Shown in pieces: positions 63,268-64,000 of a stretch of DNA of 64,000 nucleotides (positions within the stretch are counted from its first letter, which is position 1; the number at the start of each line of letters is the position of its first letter). Where the stretch lies: contig NC_058135.1 of the NCBI RefSeq assembly GCF_016433145.1, forward strand, positions 124,710,817 to 124,774,816, read 5' to 3'. Source of the stretch: Gracilinanus agilis. Its lineage: Eukaryota. A program made the position numbers and the translations under genes. The notes beneath the pieces are model-generated. The model made no database searches and was not told where the DNA came from. It saw only the letters and a list, made by a program, of their open reading frames with translations.

Positions 63268-64000
63268 AAATCACCACCACACTTAAAGCCCTTCATAATC
63301 TGGTCCTAATCTACTTTCACACACTGTGGTCCTTCCCACAGTCACCCATCCTCCTGCCAGACTCACCTGGTTGCTCTGTACCCAGCATTCTGTCTCATGC
63401 CTGAAATATTCTCCTTTCCTGCTCCTGTCCCAAGCCTTTTAAAAGTTTTCAAGACTCAGCTCTGTGCTCACTTCTATAAATGGCCTCTCCTAGCCCTCAT
63501 CTAGCATGATATCCCTCCCCTGAAACAACTTTTTCTTTATTTTGTACATATGTTCCATTATTCAGAGATATATATTCAGATTATTTCCCCCCACTGGCAT
63601 AAAAGTTCCTTGAAGGCTGAGATTCTTAATTTTTTTGTGTCCTAGACCCTGTATATAGTAGGCACTTAATAAAAACTCAGTGAATAAAATTGAATTAAAG
63701 AGAACATAACAAAACATAACTTTTCTAAGGACAATACAGACAGGTTAAATGATTTTATTTTTTTCCTAATTTAATCCTATGATGCAAAGAAAACTCCTTT
63801 TGTCACCCACAGGGCAGTCTGTGGACCCCTGGGAGTTCATGCAGAAAACTTACCATTTGATAATGGATTCAGTTCCTCAAACAGAGAAAAACATTCTCTC
63901 TGGCTTATATTAGAAGGGAAAAAGGAGGAAAGAAATTAAAACTGTCACTGCCCATTAAGGAGGGAAAGCTAATTATGCTTCTCAGCAGTGGGAGGTGGAC

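Overview
Marsupial genomic DNA, most likely the opossum Monodelphis domestica or a close didelphid (inferred from SINE1_Mdo-like and MAR1-like SINEs and marsupial-type L1). The window holds the convergent 3' ends of two genes. NR3C2 (mineralocorticoid receptor, + strand) contributes its terminal coding exon (1573-1728) and a ~2.5 kb 3'UTR. ARHGAP10 (GRAF2, - strand) contributes its last four exons (56347-56506, 23024-23176, 20899-20990, 13313-13401), which splice in frame and encode the Ser/Pro-rich linker and SH3 domain. The rest is intergenic or intronic and dense in transposon relics (SINEs, L1, L2, L3/CR1, hAT MITEs, LTR-like pieces), simple repeats and five N gaps. Most ORFs in the six-frame track are repeat-derived or chance. 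I found no clearly new biological system. The best leads are: an NMD-proof alternative reading frame opened by skipping the 92-nt SH3 exon; a hAT MITE carrying two divergent CTCF motifs; a 103-bp TG..CA mini-LTR related to a second LTR-like element nearby; and CpG-rich patches at the ARHGAP10 3' end. Repeat family names and human exon numbers are recalled from memory and need RepeatMasker/Dfam or annotation confirmation; repeat boundaries without a TSD are approximate.
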